Positions 1 through 8,956 of a stretch of 20,000 bases of DNA are shown here, in pieces. The notes below the pieces were generated by a model. The model had not been told where the DNA came from, did not search any database, and worked only from the letters and a program-made list of their open reading frames with translations. Numbering within the stretch: position 1 is the stretch's first letter; the number at the start of each line of letters is the position of its first letter. Source of the DNA: an uncultured virus (IMG/VR IMGVR_UViG_3300028197_000871) (lineage: Duplodnaviria; Heunggongvirae; Uroviricota; Caudoviricetes); the IMG/VR virus record IMGVR_UViG_3300028197_000871. One strand, written 5' to 3'. The translations under genes and the position numbers were made by a program.

Positions 1-594
1 CTTGCTACTCTTGATATTCAATGCCTAGTCTTGAAGTATAAACCCAAAAAGTTTGATACCTATGAAGATGAGATCCAACATCTCATTGGTCATGAAAAGA
101 GAAACAACTTCATCACTAATCTTGCTGTCAGTTTAACTGGTAACTCACTTATCTTATTCAGTAGGGTAGAAGCACATGGTGCTATTCTTTTTGAGTTAAT
201 AAATAATAAGGTAAGTAAAGGTAGAAGGGTATTCTTTATCCATGGCGGTGTAGATGCAGAGGATAGGGAGCAAGTTAGAGAGATTACTGAAAATGAAAAG
301 GATGCAATTATTGTTGCATCATACGGAACTTTCAGTACAGGTATTAACATTAAAAACCTTCACAATGTTATATTTGCCTCTCCATCAAAATCTAGAGTTA
401 GAAACCTCCAGAGTATTGGTAGAGTCCTCAGAAAAACTAAAGATAAAGTGAGTGCCAAACTTTATGATATTGCAGACGATTTTACAATTAGATCACGTAA
501 AAATTATACATTAAATCACTTCATTGAAAGAGTGAAAATTTATGTTTCAGAGCAATTCAATTATGATATTATTACTATTGATATAAAAGACTAG
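1..594 (+). CDS. uvsW: UvsW SF2 DNA helicase, C-terminal part (5' end outside the window)
   Basis: Frame is open from base 1 (LATLDIQCLVLKY...). SF2 C-terminal motifs IVASYGTFSTGINIKNLHNVIFASP and LQSIGRVLR; T4-like context. Confidence 0.93.
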   Translation, partial: LATLDIQCLVLKYKPKKFDTYEDEIQHLIGHEKRNNFITNLAVSLTGNSLILFSRVEAHGAILFELINNKVSKGRRVFFIHGGVDAEDREQVREITENEKDAIIVASYGTFSTGINIKNLHNVIFASPSKSRVRNLQSIGRVLRKTKDKVSAKLYDIADDFTIRSRKNYTLNHFIERVKIYVSEQFNYDIITIDIKD

Positions 595-609
595 AAAGGG
601 AGTAAAGGT

Positions 610-999
610 ATGGGGATTGAAGACGATTTTTTTGCAACAATCAAACTGAAATGTGGGGATGAAATCTTTGCCAAGGTAGCAGCATCAGAGGAGGATGACA
701 GAACTATGCTTCTTGTATCTAATCCTATTTGTGTTGAAGAAGTTAGAACAAGAGGTAATGTTGCTGGTTATAAATTTGAACCTTGGTTAAAGACATCATC
801 AGAAGATTTATTCGTAATTAACTTAGAAGATGTTCTTACAATGTCTGAGTCAGAAGATATTGAAATGATAGTCAACTATCAAGATTATGTAAGAAAGATT
901 AATAAACAGAACTACTCTAAATTAGATAGGAAAATGGGTTACTTAGGTAATGTTCATGATACCAAAGAAGTCTTAGAGAAGTTATTTAATATTAGCTAA
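610..999 (+). CDS. Conserved T4-like cyanophage hypothetical protein, probable Sm-like beta fold
   Basis: 129 aa ORF with GGGAG/AAAGG upstream. Motifs IKLKCGDEIFAKV and YKFEPW resemble other small ORFs in the window. The fold is inferred. Confidence 0.75.
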   Translation: MGIEDDFFATIKLKCGDEIFAKVAASEEDDRTMLLVSNPICVEEVRTRGNVAGYKFEPWLKTSSEDLFVINLEDVLTMSESEDIEMIVNYQDYVRKINKQNYSKLDRKMGYLGNVHDTKEVLEKLFNIS

Positions 1000-1026
1000 T
1001 ACCAATCCTTGAAAGGCAACAAACCT

Positions 1027-1055
1027 AGTCTACTATTGTTTCAGAGTTCTGTCAA
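1027..1055 (-). promoter_or_regulatory. Putative antisense sigma70-type promoter
   Basis: Minus strand TTGACA (1055-1050), 17 bp spacer, TAGACT (1032-1027). Confidence 0.5.
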
Positions 1056-1059
1056 GCAC

Positions 1060-1088
1060 TTGTCATGATTAACTAATTCTGTTATAAT
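1060..1088 (+). promoter_or_regulatory. sigma70-type promoter for gp55
   Basis: TTGTCA (1060-1065), 17 bp spacer, TATAAT (1083-1088), with extended -10 TG at 1080-1081. Confidence 0.75.
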
Positions 1089-1134
1089 ATAAGTATTCAA
1101 AATACATTTAATGTAACCTTGTAGGAACTCAATA

Positions 1135-1614
1135 ATGCCAAAGTCCAAGAATCCAGAACATTATGTAAACAACAAGGAATTTTTGAATGCACTTGAAAAC
1201 TATTTTGCTCAGGTAGAAAAAGCAAAATTGAATGACAAACCCAAACCAGTTATTCCAAGATACATTGGTGAGTGCTTCTTAAAGATTGCTAATCATCTAT
1301 CATATAAGCCTAACTTTGTGAACTACATGTTCAAGGATGATATGATTTGTGATGGTATTGAAAACTGTGTTAGATATGTACACAACTTCAATCCTGAGAA
1401 ATCTAAAAATCCTTTTGCTTATTTCACACAGATTATCTACTATGCCTTCCTGAGAAGAATCTCTCAGGAGAAGAAGCAGTTAGAGATCAAGAACAAGATT
1501 CTTGAGAAGACTGACTTTGATGAGGTCTTTGACGCCAATGACCTTGACAGCAGTAATTTCTCTGAGTATAATAGCATCAAAGATGCTGTGCATCAGAAAC
1601 TGAGAGGTAACTAA
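1135..1614 (+). CDS. gp55: Sigma factor for late transcription (T4 gp55 homolog)
   Basis: Characteristic HYVNNKEF, YIGECFLKIA, DMICDGIENC and NPFAYFTQIIYYAFLRRI motifs; upstream of gp47/gp46. Confidence 0.96.
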   Translation: MPKSKNPEHYVNNKEFLNALENYFAQVEKAKLNDKPKPVIPRYIGECFLKIANHLSYKPNFVNYMFKDDMICDGIENCVRYVHNFNPEKSKNPFAYFTQIIYYAFLRRISQEKKQLEIKNKILEKTDFDEVFDANDLDSSNFSEYNSIKDAVHQKLRGN

Positions 1615-2042
1615 TGCTTGGAAGTCTAGACCCAGAGGAGAGAGTTATGAGTGACATCCCCCCACATGACTGGACAAAGAACAAAGATGAGTTCTTTGCT
1701 TGGGATGATAATGGCATTATGGATAAAGTTCAAGATGTTATTGAGACTCTTGACTGGAAAGAAGAAGATGATATTGTTGTAGAGATTGGTGGCACAGTGG
1801 TGTCTGGTATCCATCAAGGTGAAACCTATAATAAAAAGTGGGCATCACCTTATGGAACACGTAAGTATAATAAGGATGCTTTCATTGTTATCAGTAATAA
1901 TTCTCGTAGAGACTTCACTAAATCACAACCCTTAGATAGAGAACACAAACCTTATCACTCATATACACCTGTTGAACCACAAGATATTGTTGTTAACATG
2001 GATGGTGGTGTTGGTGGTTCTTGGGAAGTTAAGGAAGAATAA
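1614..2042 (+). CDS. Hypothetical protein with a picocyanobacterial/cyanophage-type core
   Basis: 142 aa ORF coupled to both neighbours by TAATG overlaps. Core VVEIGGTVVSGIHQ...RKYNKDAFIVI. Confidence 0.75.
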   Translation: MLGSLDPEERVMSDIPPHDWTKNKDEFFAWDDNGIMDKVQDVIETLDWKEEDDIVVEIGGTVVSGIHQGETYNKKWASPYGTRKYNKDAFIVISNNSRRDFTKSQPLDREHKPYHSYTPVEPQDIVVNMDGGVGGSWEVKEE

Positions 2043-3082
2043 TGCGTGTAGTAATTATCACAGACACTCATTATGGTGCAAGGAAAGGTTCTAAACTTTT
2101 TCATGATTACTTTGAGCAATTCTATAAGGATGTATTTTTTCCTACCTTAGATAAGGAAGGGATTGATACTGTTATCCATATGGGTGATGCATTTGATAGT
2201 AGAAAGGGTATTGAGTTTCAAGCATTAAAGTGGGCAAAGAGAGTTGTGTTTAATCCTCTCAAAGAGAGAGGTATTAATATGCACCTGATGGTAGGTAATC
2301 ATGATGCTTACTATAAGAATACTAATGAAGTCAATGCAGTAGACCTTCTACTGAAAGAGTATGATAATGTTGAGGTGTATTCTTCTCCTACAGAAGTTAC
2401 TATTGGAAAACTCCCTATTCTTATCCTTCCTTGGATTAATAATGAGAACCAAGAAGAAACAACTAAACTTATCAGAAAAACAAAGTGCAAGGTTGCAATG
2501 GGACACCTTGAACTCAATGGATTCAAAGTCAACAGACAGATCGTTATGGACAACGGTCTTGACAGTGAACTCTTGGGGAGATTTGATAGAGTGTTCTCAG
2601 GACACTATCACACTAGATCAGACAATGGAAAGATATTCTATCTTGGCAATCCCTATGAAATGTTCTGGAGTGATGTCAAAGATCCCAGAGGTTTCACTAT
2701 ATTTGATACTGAAACCTTAGAGCACCATCATATTAACAACCCCCATAGATTGTTCTACAACATCTACTATGAGGATACTGACCATCAGACATTCAATACT
2801 ACTGAGTATGAGAATAAGATTGTCAAAGTAATTGTGAGGAAGAAAACTGACATTAAAAAGTTTGAAAAGTTTATTGATAAACTCTATACTTCTAATGTTG
2901 CTGACCTTAAGATTGTAGAGAACTTTCAACTCATAGAGTCTGAAGAGTTTGAAGCAGATGAATCTGAAGACACTATGTCTATCTTGAGTAGGTATATTGA
3001 TGATTCTGAGACTAAGTTAAATAAAGCAGTAGTTCAGTCTTTGATTAGAAATATCTATCAAGAGGCGTGTGAGATGGTTTAA
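2042..3082 (+). CDS. gp47: Recombination endonuclease subunit, Mre11/SbcD-like (T4 gp47)
   Basis: Metallophosphoesterase motifs DTH, MGDAFD, GNHD, MGH and SGHYH; adjacent to gp46. Confidence 0.95.
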   Translation: MRVVIITDTHYGARKGSKLFHDYFEQFYKDVFFPTLDKEGIDTVIHMGDAFDSRKGIEFQALKWAKRVVFNPLKERGINMHLMVGNHDAYYKNTNEVNAVDLLLKEYDNVEVYSSPTEVTIGKLPILILPWINNENQEETTKLIRKTKCKVAMGHLELNGFKVNRQIVMDNGLDSELLGRFDRVFSGHYHTRSDNGKIFYLGNPYEMFWSDVKDPRGFTIFDTETLEHHHINNPHRLFYNIYYEDTDHQTFNTTEYENKIVKVIVRKKTDIKKFEKFIDKLYTSNVADLKIVENFQLIESEEFEADESEDTMSILSRYIDDSETKLNKAVVQSLIRNIYQEACEMV

Positions 3083-3354
3083 TGTACATTATTACAGTTG
3101 CTGGTAAAGAAAAAGAAGGAGCATACTCTGTTGTTGATGATGATGGAGAGCAAGTCCTTTACATCTTTATGGAAGAGGATGATGCTGAAAGATATTCTAT
3201 GCAACTGGAAGAGCTTGACTATCCTGAGATGAATGTGCTAGAAATAGAAGATGAGTTGATGATTAAAACCTGTGAGATGCATGACCACAGATATACCATT
3301 ATTACACCTAATGACATTGTGATTCCACCTGATATAAAGCATGATTACATTTAA
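3082..3354 (+). CDS. Conserved cyanophage hypothetical protein (acidic, 90 aa)
   Basis: ORF coupled to gp47 by TAATG and overlapping the gp46 start. Confidence 0.75.
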   Translation: MYIITVAGKEKEGAYSVVDDDGEQVLYIFMEEDDAERYSMQLEELDYPEMNVLEIEDELMIKTCEMHDHRYTIITPNDIVIPPDIKHDYI

Positions 3355-5050
3355 GACTATCTCTTGGCAAAACTTTTTAAGTACAGGTAATACACCAACT
3401 ATTGTCAATCTAAATGATTCAGCAACTACTTTGATTATTGGTAGTAATGGTGCTGGTAAGTCAACCATTCTAGATGCGTTGACTTTTGTGCTGTATGGAA
3501 AATCATTCAGGAAAGTTAATAAGGCTCAACTTATTAATACTGTCAATGAGAAAAACTGCTTTGTCAGTATTGAATTTGATATCAACTCTACTGAGTGGAA
3601 AGTGGAGAGGGGTATTAAACCAAACATATTTAAGATTTATAGGAACAATGAACCACTAGACCAAAGTGCATCTGCTATTGATCAGCAGAAGTGGTTAGAG
3701 CAGAATGTCTTGAAGATGAACTATAAGTCATTCACTCAGATTGTTATCCTTGGTAGCAGTACCTTTGTTCCCTTTATGCAACTGCCTTCTAGCAGTCGTA
3801 GAGAAGTAGTAGAAGACCTATTAGACATTAAGATCTTCTCTTCTATGAATGATCTAATCAAGTCAAAGATTAGATTGATTAGGGATGATGTCAGAACATT
3901 AGACTTAAAGAAAGATGCCATCAAAGATAAGGTGGAGATGCAGAAGAGTTTTATTGATAAGTTGGAGAAGGAAGGAAAAGATCTTATTGGTGGGAAAGCA
4001 GGAGAGATTGAATCTTTACAGCAAGAAGTAATGGATGGTTTCTTAAGTGGGTCTAAATTAGAAGACCAACTACTTGTGAAACAAGAAGAGTTGAAAATAT
4101 TTGAAGGGGCAAATAAAAGACTGAGGGAGTTTGGTAATATTAAGGGTAAGATGTCTCAAAGAATTAATACTCTTGTAAAGGAGCATAAATTCTTTTCAGA
4201 TAATAGGGTTTGCCCTACTTGCAATCAAGATATTAAAGAAGATTTTCGTGTAAATAGAATCAGGGACTCTCAAGATAAAGCATCTGAATTGCAACAGGGG
4301 TATAAAGAACTCCAGCAAGCAATTAAAGAAGAAGAGTTGAGAGAGTCTTCATTTAACCAATTAACAGGAGAGGTAACAAAGTTACTTAATGGCATTACTC
4401 AAAACAATACTCATATCTCTGGGTGTCAGAAGCAAGTCAAAAGACTGGAATCAGAAATTCAAACTATTACCAGCCAATTTGAAAACAGAAATTCTGAGCA
4501 GAGTAGATTAAATGAGTTAAGAGACAGTCTTGAGGAAACCTACAGTAACCTTGCTACCAGGAAAGAAGATATATCCTATCATGACTTTCTATACACCCTA
4601 CTAAAAGATGGTGGAGTAAAGTCAAAGATTATCAAAAAGTATCTGCCCCTGATTAATCAGCAAGTTAATAAGTATCTGCAATTGATGGACTTCTATATCA
4701 ACTTCAAGTTGGATGAAGAGTTCTCTGAAACTGTAGAGTCGCCTATACACGAAGATTTTTCTTATGCTTCATTTAGTGAAGGGGAGAAGATGAGGATTGA
4801 CCTGTCTCTCCTATTCACTTGGAGAGAAATAGCAAGAGTCAAAAACTCTGTCAATACAAACCTACTGATCATGGATGAAGTCTTTGACTCATCTCTTGAT
4901 GGATTTGGTACTGATGAGTTTCTTAAAATCATCAGGTATATCATTAGTGACGCTAATATCTTTGTCATCAGTCACAAGACTGGTATGGAAGATAAGTTTG
5001 AAGAGGTAGTCAAATTTGAAAAGGTAAAGGGATTCTCTAGGAAGAAATGA
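3341..5050 (+). CDS. gp46: Recombination ATPase subunit, Rad50/SbcC-like (T4 gp46)
   Basis: Walker A GSNGAGKST, coiled coil with CPTC zinc hook, signature FSEGEK, Walker B LLIMDE, H-loop ISH. Confidence 0.96.
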   Translation: MITFKTISWQNFLSTGNTPTIVNLNDSATTLIIGSNGAGKSTILDALTFVLYGKSFRKVNKAQLINTVNEKNCFVSIEFDINSTEWKVERGIKPNIFKIYRNNEPLDQSASAIDQQKWLEQNVLKMNYKSFTQIVILGSSTFVPFMQLPSSSRREVVEDLLDIKIFSSMNDLIKSKIRLIRDDVRTLDLKKDAIKDKVEMQKSFIDKLEKEGKDLIGGKAGEIESLQQEVMDGFLSGSKLEDQLLVKQEELKIFEGANKRLREFGNIKGKMSQRINTLVKEHKFFSDNRVCPTCNQDIKEDFRVNRIRDSQDKASELQQGYKELQQAIKEEELRESSFNQLTGEVTKLLNGITQNNTHISGCQKQVKRLESEIQTITSQFENRNSEQSRLNELRDSLEETYSNLATRKEDISYHDFLYTLLKDGGVKSKIIKKYLPLINQQVNKYLQLMDFYINFKLDEEFSETVESPIHEDFSYASFSEGEKMRIDLSLLFTWREIARVKNSVNTNLLIMDEVFDSSLDGFGTDEFLKIIRYIISDANIFVISHKTGMEDKFEEVVKFEKVKGFSRKK

Positions 5051-5649
5051 TTGAATTTAAAAATTGCCTTGTTGATAGAAATATATTTCCTAGTTTTCTT
5101 ATTTCTACTGATTTAACTTCTCATATTGATAATGAGGATGTTATATCTGATTTCTTTAAGGTAAAGAAAAAAGATAAAGGTGAGAAAAAAACTAATGTTA
5201 TAGGATGGCATTCTTCTATAAAACTTGATGATCCAGATCATCCACATATATCTAAAGTGATGAATCTTGCTGAAACTTTTGTTAATCAGTTTTTAGACAA
5301 TGAAGAAACCAATTTGCAAGTCACTAATATGTGGTGTTGGTTAATGGAGAATGGTGTTGGAGCATATAATGTAGTCCATAATCATGGGAAGATGGATTTG
5401 ATTGGAGTGTATTATATTGAGGTGCCTCCAAAAGCAGAGGGAATGACATTACTTAGAACTGATGCTTTCACTCATACTGAACTGTGTGGATCAAATAAAT
5501 CCTCTGATTTTGCTGGTAATTTTATGGTAGATGCTATTGTTGGGAGACTGTATATTATGCCAGGACATCTCTATCACTATGTAACACCCTTTGATGATAA
5601 AGGGTATAGAAGGTCATTAGTATTCAATATAGGGGTTGGTAAGAAGTAA
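5047..5649 (+). CDS. Putative 2OG-Fe(II) oxygenase family protein (HxH type)
   Basis: W..EN..GAYNVVHNH, LIGVYYI, LYIMPGHLYHYV and RRSLVFN fit the double-stranded beta-helix oxygenases common in cyanophages. Confidence 0.75.
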   Translation: MIEFKNCLVDRNIFPSFLISTDLTSHIDNEDVISDFFKVKKKDKGEKKTNVIGWHSSIKLDDPDHPHISKVMNLAETFVNQFLDNEETNLQVTNMWCWLMENGVGAYNVVHNHGKMDLIGVYYIEVPPKAEGMTLLRTDAFTHTELCGSNKSSDFAGNFMVDAIVGRLYIMPGHLYHYVTPFDDKGYRRSLVFNIGVGKK

Positions 5650-5754
5650 TATTAAGAAAGATTGATTAATTTAACATTGATACATTCTTTCATTAAAAAA
5701 CTGAAATATGTGGATTTGCTGACTATATAGTGTGTGAATTGGAGATCTTTGTTT

Positions 5755-5922
5755 ATGCACAATCTAGTTTCCCATAATGAACTTGCATCCTGGAAGTGGG
5801 ATGAAAAATCAAAGACTGATGAAAAATATGATCAAGTATCTGAATACTTCCAGTGCATTTCTGAGTGTAACATTGTAGATAACAACGCTAGGAGGTTTTG
5901 CAGACACATTCTAACTTCATAG
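5755..5922 (+). CDS. Small Cys-containing hypothetical protein (55 aa)
   Basis: ATG at 5755 preceded by GGAG (5741-5744). MHNLVSHNELASW...EYFQCISEC...RFCRHIL. Confidence 0.7.
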   Translation: MHNLVSHNELASWKWDEKSKTDEKYDQVSEYFQCISECNIVDNNARRFCRHILTS

Positions 5923-5958
5923 AAACTAAACAAAACTAAAAGGAGATTATCTCACTGA

Positions 5959-5986
5959 AGACCCCTGCCATATATGGTGGGGGTTT
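5959..5986 (+). terminator. Stem-loop, probable terminator or processing hairpin
   Basis: AGACCCCTGCCA-TATA-TGGTGGGGGTTT forms a 12 bp stem with G-U pairs; the U-tract is weak. Confidence 0.55.
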
Positions 5987-5998
5987 GGTTCGTATGGG

Positions 5999-6006
5999 GA
6001 TAAATA
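5999..6006 (+). promoter_or_regulatory. Putative gp55-dependent late promoter
   Basis: Intergenic GATAAATA, one mismatch from T4 late consensus TATAAATA, about 25 nt before the ATG at 6031. Confidence 0.55.
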
Positions 6007-6030
6007 TTGAAGAAAGAAAGAATTATTATT

Positions 6031-6345
6031 ATGCTTTCTACTAAATATCGTCTTAGACTTGAGTACATTTGTTCTAGAATTGCAAAGGGCGAAGAAGTAA
6101 AACTTGAGGATATGATTTGGGCTGATAAGTTGGCAAAGACCCACACATTAGCTAGAGATTGGTTGCAAAAAGCAAGACGCCAAGCATCCCAAAACATTGA
6201 AGAGGGTAGCACAGACGATTTTCTGAATAGGATGGGTTTAGGAGATCCCGACCCATCCAATCACAAAACGGGATTCACTGATGCTGACGATATTAAGGAT
6301 TGGTTTCAGCAAGATAAACCTAGTGATTGGAGGCAACGTGACTGA
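6031..6345 (+). CDS. Conserved cyanophage hypothetical protein (104 aa)
   Basis: MLSTKYRLRLEYIC...DDFLNRMGLGDPDPSNH...DWRQRD. The ATG at 6031 is preferred over the TTG at 6007. Confidence 0.75.
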   Translation: MLSTKYRLRLEYICSRIAKGEEVKLEDMIWADKLAKTHTLARDWLQKARRQASQNIEEGSTDDFLNRMGLGDPDPSNHKTGFTDADDIKDWFQQDKPSDWRQRD

Positions 6346-6469
6346 TTATGTCTGTATCCCTATGTGGGATCCCATTTACGAAATGATGCGATATCATTGG
6401 GTACACAAGTCTGAAAAGGATCCTGTGCAATTCGCGAAAAACCTCAACCCAGAGCAAGAAGTGCTATGA
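6338..6469 (+). CDS. Small hypothetical protein (43 aa)
   Basis: GTG start at 6338 with GGAGG RBS at 6329-6333. (M)TDYVCIPMWDPIYEMMRYHWVHKSEKDP... Confidence 0.65.
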   Translation: MTDYVCIPMWDPIYEMMRYHWVHKSEKDPVQFAKNLNPEQEVL

Positions 6470-6513
6470 CAATTAAGATTACTCCTCAAACATATATTGA
6501 GAGGAAGACCTAA
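6466..6513 (+). pseudogene. 15-codon mini-ORF MTIKITPQTYIERKT, possible gene remnant or translational relay
   Basis: Fills the gap exactly: ATGA overlap upstream and TAATG overlap downstream. Confidence 0.4.
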
Positions 6514-6752
6514 TGATTGATACAATTGTAGTTTATTCAAATGGTAGTCAAGAGTGTGAGAGAATTTGTATGCTTCTCAAATCTCTTGATGGTGAGTTCT
6601 TAGAGTACAAACTCAATAACCATTTCACACAGAGAGCATTTGAGAATGAGTTTGGTGTTGAGGCAGGTTATCCACAGGTTGCTATTGGAGCAAATCATAT
6701 TGGTAATTTGAAAGAAACTTTGCAGTGGATGAAGAGCAAGCATATTGTGTGA
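6513..6752 (+). CDS. Glutaredoxin-like protein with atypical active site
   Basis: Grx-fold pattern IVVYS...C at the N-terminus and YPQVAIG..HIG cis-Pro motif. The active-site region reads SQEC instead of CxxC. Confidence 0.75.
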   Translation: MIDTIVVYSNGSQECERICMLLKSLDGEFLEYKLNNHFTQRAFENEFGVEAGYPQVAIGANHIGNLKETLQWMKSKHIV

Positions 6753-6805
6753 CAGTTGTCAAACTGTCTACTACTGCCAAAATTCTGGTCTGAATGCTGT
6801 AATAT
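6751..6805 (+). promoter_or_regulatory. Putative early promoter: palindrome plus -10 element
   Basis: Perfect inverted repeat GACAGTT-N4-AACTGTC (6751-6768) and TAATAT at 6800-6805. No canonical -35. Confidence 0.65.
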
Positions 6806-6829
6806 AGTCATATACAAAGCAAAGCAGTA

Positions 6830-8956
6830 ATGGCAGTCAATTACGAAATCAAATCACAACTTGCCAAACTCCTTGCTACTGAGGATTTGGTGGTTGAGAA
6901 TCGTAATGTTGAGACAGCACAGTTTAATGTTGAGACACGTGTTCTGACTCTTCCTATGTGGAAGCGTGCTAGTGAGACTGTTTATGACCTTCTGGTGGGT
7001 CATGAAGTAGGTCATGCTCTCTACACTCCTGATGATTGGAGTTGGGAGGATCGTATTCCTCAACAGTTTGTGAATGTGACTGAGGATGCGCGCATTGAAA
7101 AACTGATGAAGCGTCGCTATCCTGGTCTCTCTAAAACTTTCTATCAAGGTTACAAAGAGATGTCAGATAATGACTTCTTTGAACTTGATGGTCAAGACCT
7201 AAGTAAGATGAACCTTGCTGATCGCATCAACCTGTACTGTAAGATTGGCACTTTTGTTGATATCCCATTCTCTGATAAAGAGATGGAGTTTGTTGAGATG
7301 GTTAATGAAAGTGAGACATTTGGTGATGCAGTCCTGGCAGCAGAACTTCTTTATAATTATTGTAAGGAGCAGATTGATAATAGTGAGAAATTAGCAGAAT
7401 CTCCTACACCTGATGGAAACAAAGGTGATAGTATTGATTCATCACAGCAAATGCCAAAGGCAGAGAGTCAAGATTCTGAGAACTCAGAAGAATCTGGGGA
7501 GAAAGAAGATATGACTCATGAAGAAATGTTGGAAGAAGCAGAGCGTCGTGAAAAAGGGAATGAACTTAATAAAGTTGACCCTCTTGAAATTCAGACTGAT
7601 GAAAGGTTCAATGAAGGTACAAAAGATTTAGTTGGAAATACTGAGGGTGCCAGAGAGTTGGGATACTATGAAATTCCTAATTTTGATGTCAATAAGTATA
7701 TAATCTCTAATGAGAAAGTTCATCAGGATTTAGATGGTCATTGGGAGAGAGAACTCATACCTCTTGAAGATGCTAATGGCAATAGTCATGCTGCTAGTTT
7801 TGAATGGGTAGATTCTGAGTACAAAAAGTTCAAGAAGAATTCACAACGTGAAGTAAATTTTCTTGTCAAAGAGTTTGAGTGTAAGAAGTCAGCAGATGCC
7901 TATGCACGTGCTGCTACTTCTAGAACTGGTGTTCTTGACTGTACCAAATTGCATACCTATAAGTACAATGAAGATCTGTTTAAGAAAGTAACTACTCTTC
8001 CTGATGGTAAGAATCATGGTCTTATCTTTCTTCTTGATTGGTCTGGATCTATGGCTGACTATATTCATGATACAGTCAAGCAGGTATTCAATCTGATTTG
8101 GTTCTGTAATAAGGTAAACATACCATTTGATTTGTATGCTTTCACCAACAGTTATCATGATAGAGATAGGCAATGTAACAATCTTGACTGGAAAGAAAAT
8201 ACTTTCTGGCTTTCTAATGACTTTTCTCTTCTGAACTTATTGTCTAGTACTTGTAAGCAGAAAGATTTTGAGAAGCAGATGTTGAATATTTGGAGAAGTG
8301 TATTTGGTATGAGGAGTTATTCTGACTATAATATGCATCCTTCTTATAATCTGTCAGGAACTCCTTTGAATGAAGCAATCTGCTGTCTTCACCACATCAT
8401 TCCTGCATTTAAGAAAAACAATGATCTACAAAAGGTGCAGGTTCTTGTCTTGACAGATGGTGAGGCAAACTCTATGCCTGTTGCTAAGAAGTATTGGAGT
8501 GCTTATCATAAGCAATGGGATATAGGGACAGCACATGTCTATCCTGATATGTCTTACCTGCGTAATCGTAAAACTGGTATGACTTATAAATTTTCTGGTG
8601 AGTACTTCAAGTTTACAGAAGTCTTCCTAAAAGATCTGCAAGCATCTTTCCCTGATACAAACTTTATTGGTTTTCGTATTGCTGCCAGTAGGGATATCTA
8701 TAGTTTTGTTAGAAGGTATACTATGCTTACTGATAAAATGGTGAAAGGAATTAAGAAAGAAAAGTTCGTATCTATTGATAATAGTGGATACACCACTTAC
8801 TTTGGTCTTGTTAGTCAAAGTCTTTCTAATGATGTTGAGTTTGATGTTGAGGAAGGTGCTTCTAAAACTAAAATCAAAACAGCATTTGCTAAGAATTTGA
8901 AGGCAAAGTCCCTAAATAAAAAAGTTCTTAGTCAGTTCATGGACCTGGTCTGCTGA
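6830..8956 (+). CDS. CobT-like protein: N-terminal HExxH metallopeptidase-like domain, acidic linker, C-terminal vWA domain
   Basis: HEVGHALYT; ED(A)RIE; vWA MIDAS elements LLDWSGSM, SGTPL and VLTDGE; next to a MoxR-type ATPase. Confidence 0.85.
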   Translation: MAVNYEIKSQLAKLLATEDLVVENRNVETAQFNVETRVLTLPMWKRASETVYDLLVGHEVGHALYTPDDWSWEDRIPQQFVNVTEDARIEKLMKRRYPGLSKTFYQGYKEMSDNDFFELDGQDLSKMNLADRINLYCKIGTFVDIPFSDKEMEFVEMVNESETFGDAVLAAELLYNYCKEQIDNSEKLAESPTPDGNKGDSIDSSQQMPKAESQDSENSEESGEKEDMTHEEMLEEAERREKGNELNKVDPLEIQTDERFNEGTKDLVGNTEGARELGYYEIPNFDVNKYIISNEKVHQDLDGHWERELIPLEDANGNSHAASFEWVDSEYKKFKKNSQREVNFLVKEFECKKSADAYARAATSRTGVLDCTKLHTYKYNEDLFKKVTTLPDGKNHGLIFLLDWSGSMADYIHDTVKQVFNLIWFCNKVNIPFDLYAFTNSYHDRDRQCNNLDWKENTFWLSNDFSLLNLLSSTCKQKDFEKQMLNIWRSVFGMRSYSDYNMHPSYNLSGTPLNEAICCLHHIIPAFKKNNDLQKVQVLVLTDGEANSMPVAKKYWSAYHKQWDIGTAHVYPDMSYLRNRKTGMTYKFSGEYFKFTEVFLKDLQASFPDTNFIGFRIAASRDIYSFVRRYTMLTDKMVKGIKKEKFVSIDNSGYTTYFGLVSQSLSNDVEFDVEEGASKTKIKTAFAKNLKAKSLNKKVLSQFMDLVC

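Noticed and set aside
5650..5700. Pho box or NtcA site
   Set aside because: TTAA repeats are not at 11 bp spacing and there is no GTA-N8-TAC; consistent with AT-rich background.
5755..5922. CP12 Calvin cycle inhibitor
   Set aside because: Small and Cys-containing, but lacks the AWD.VEEL core and the C-x8-C-x2-YD C-terminus.
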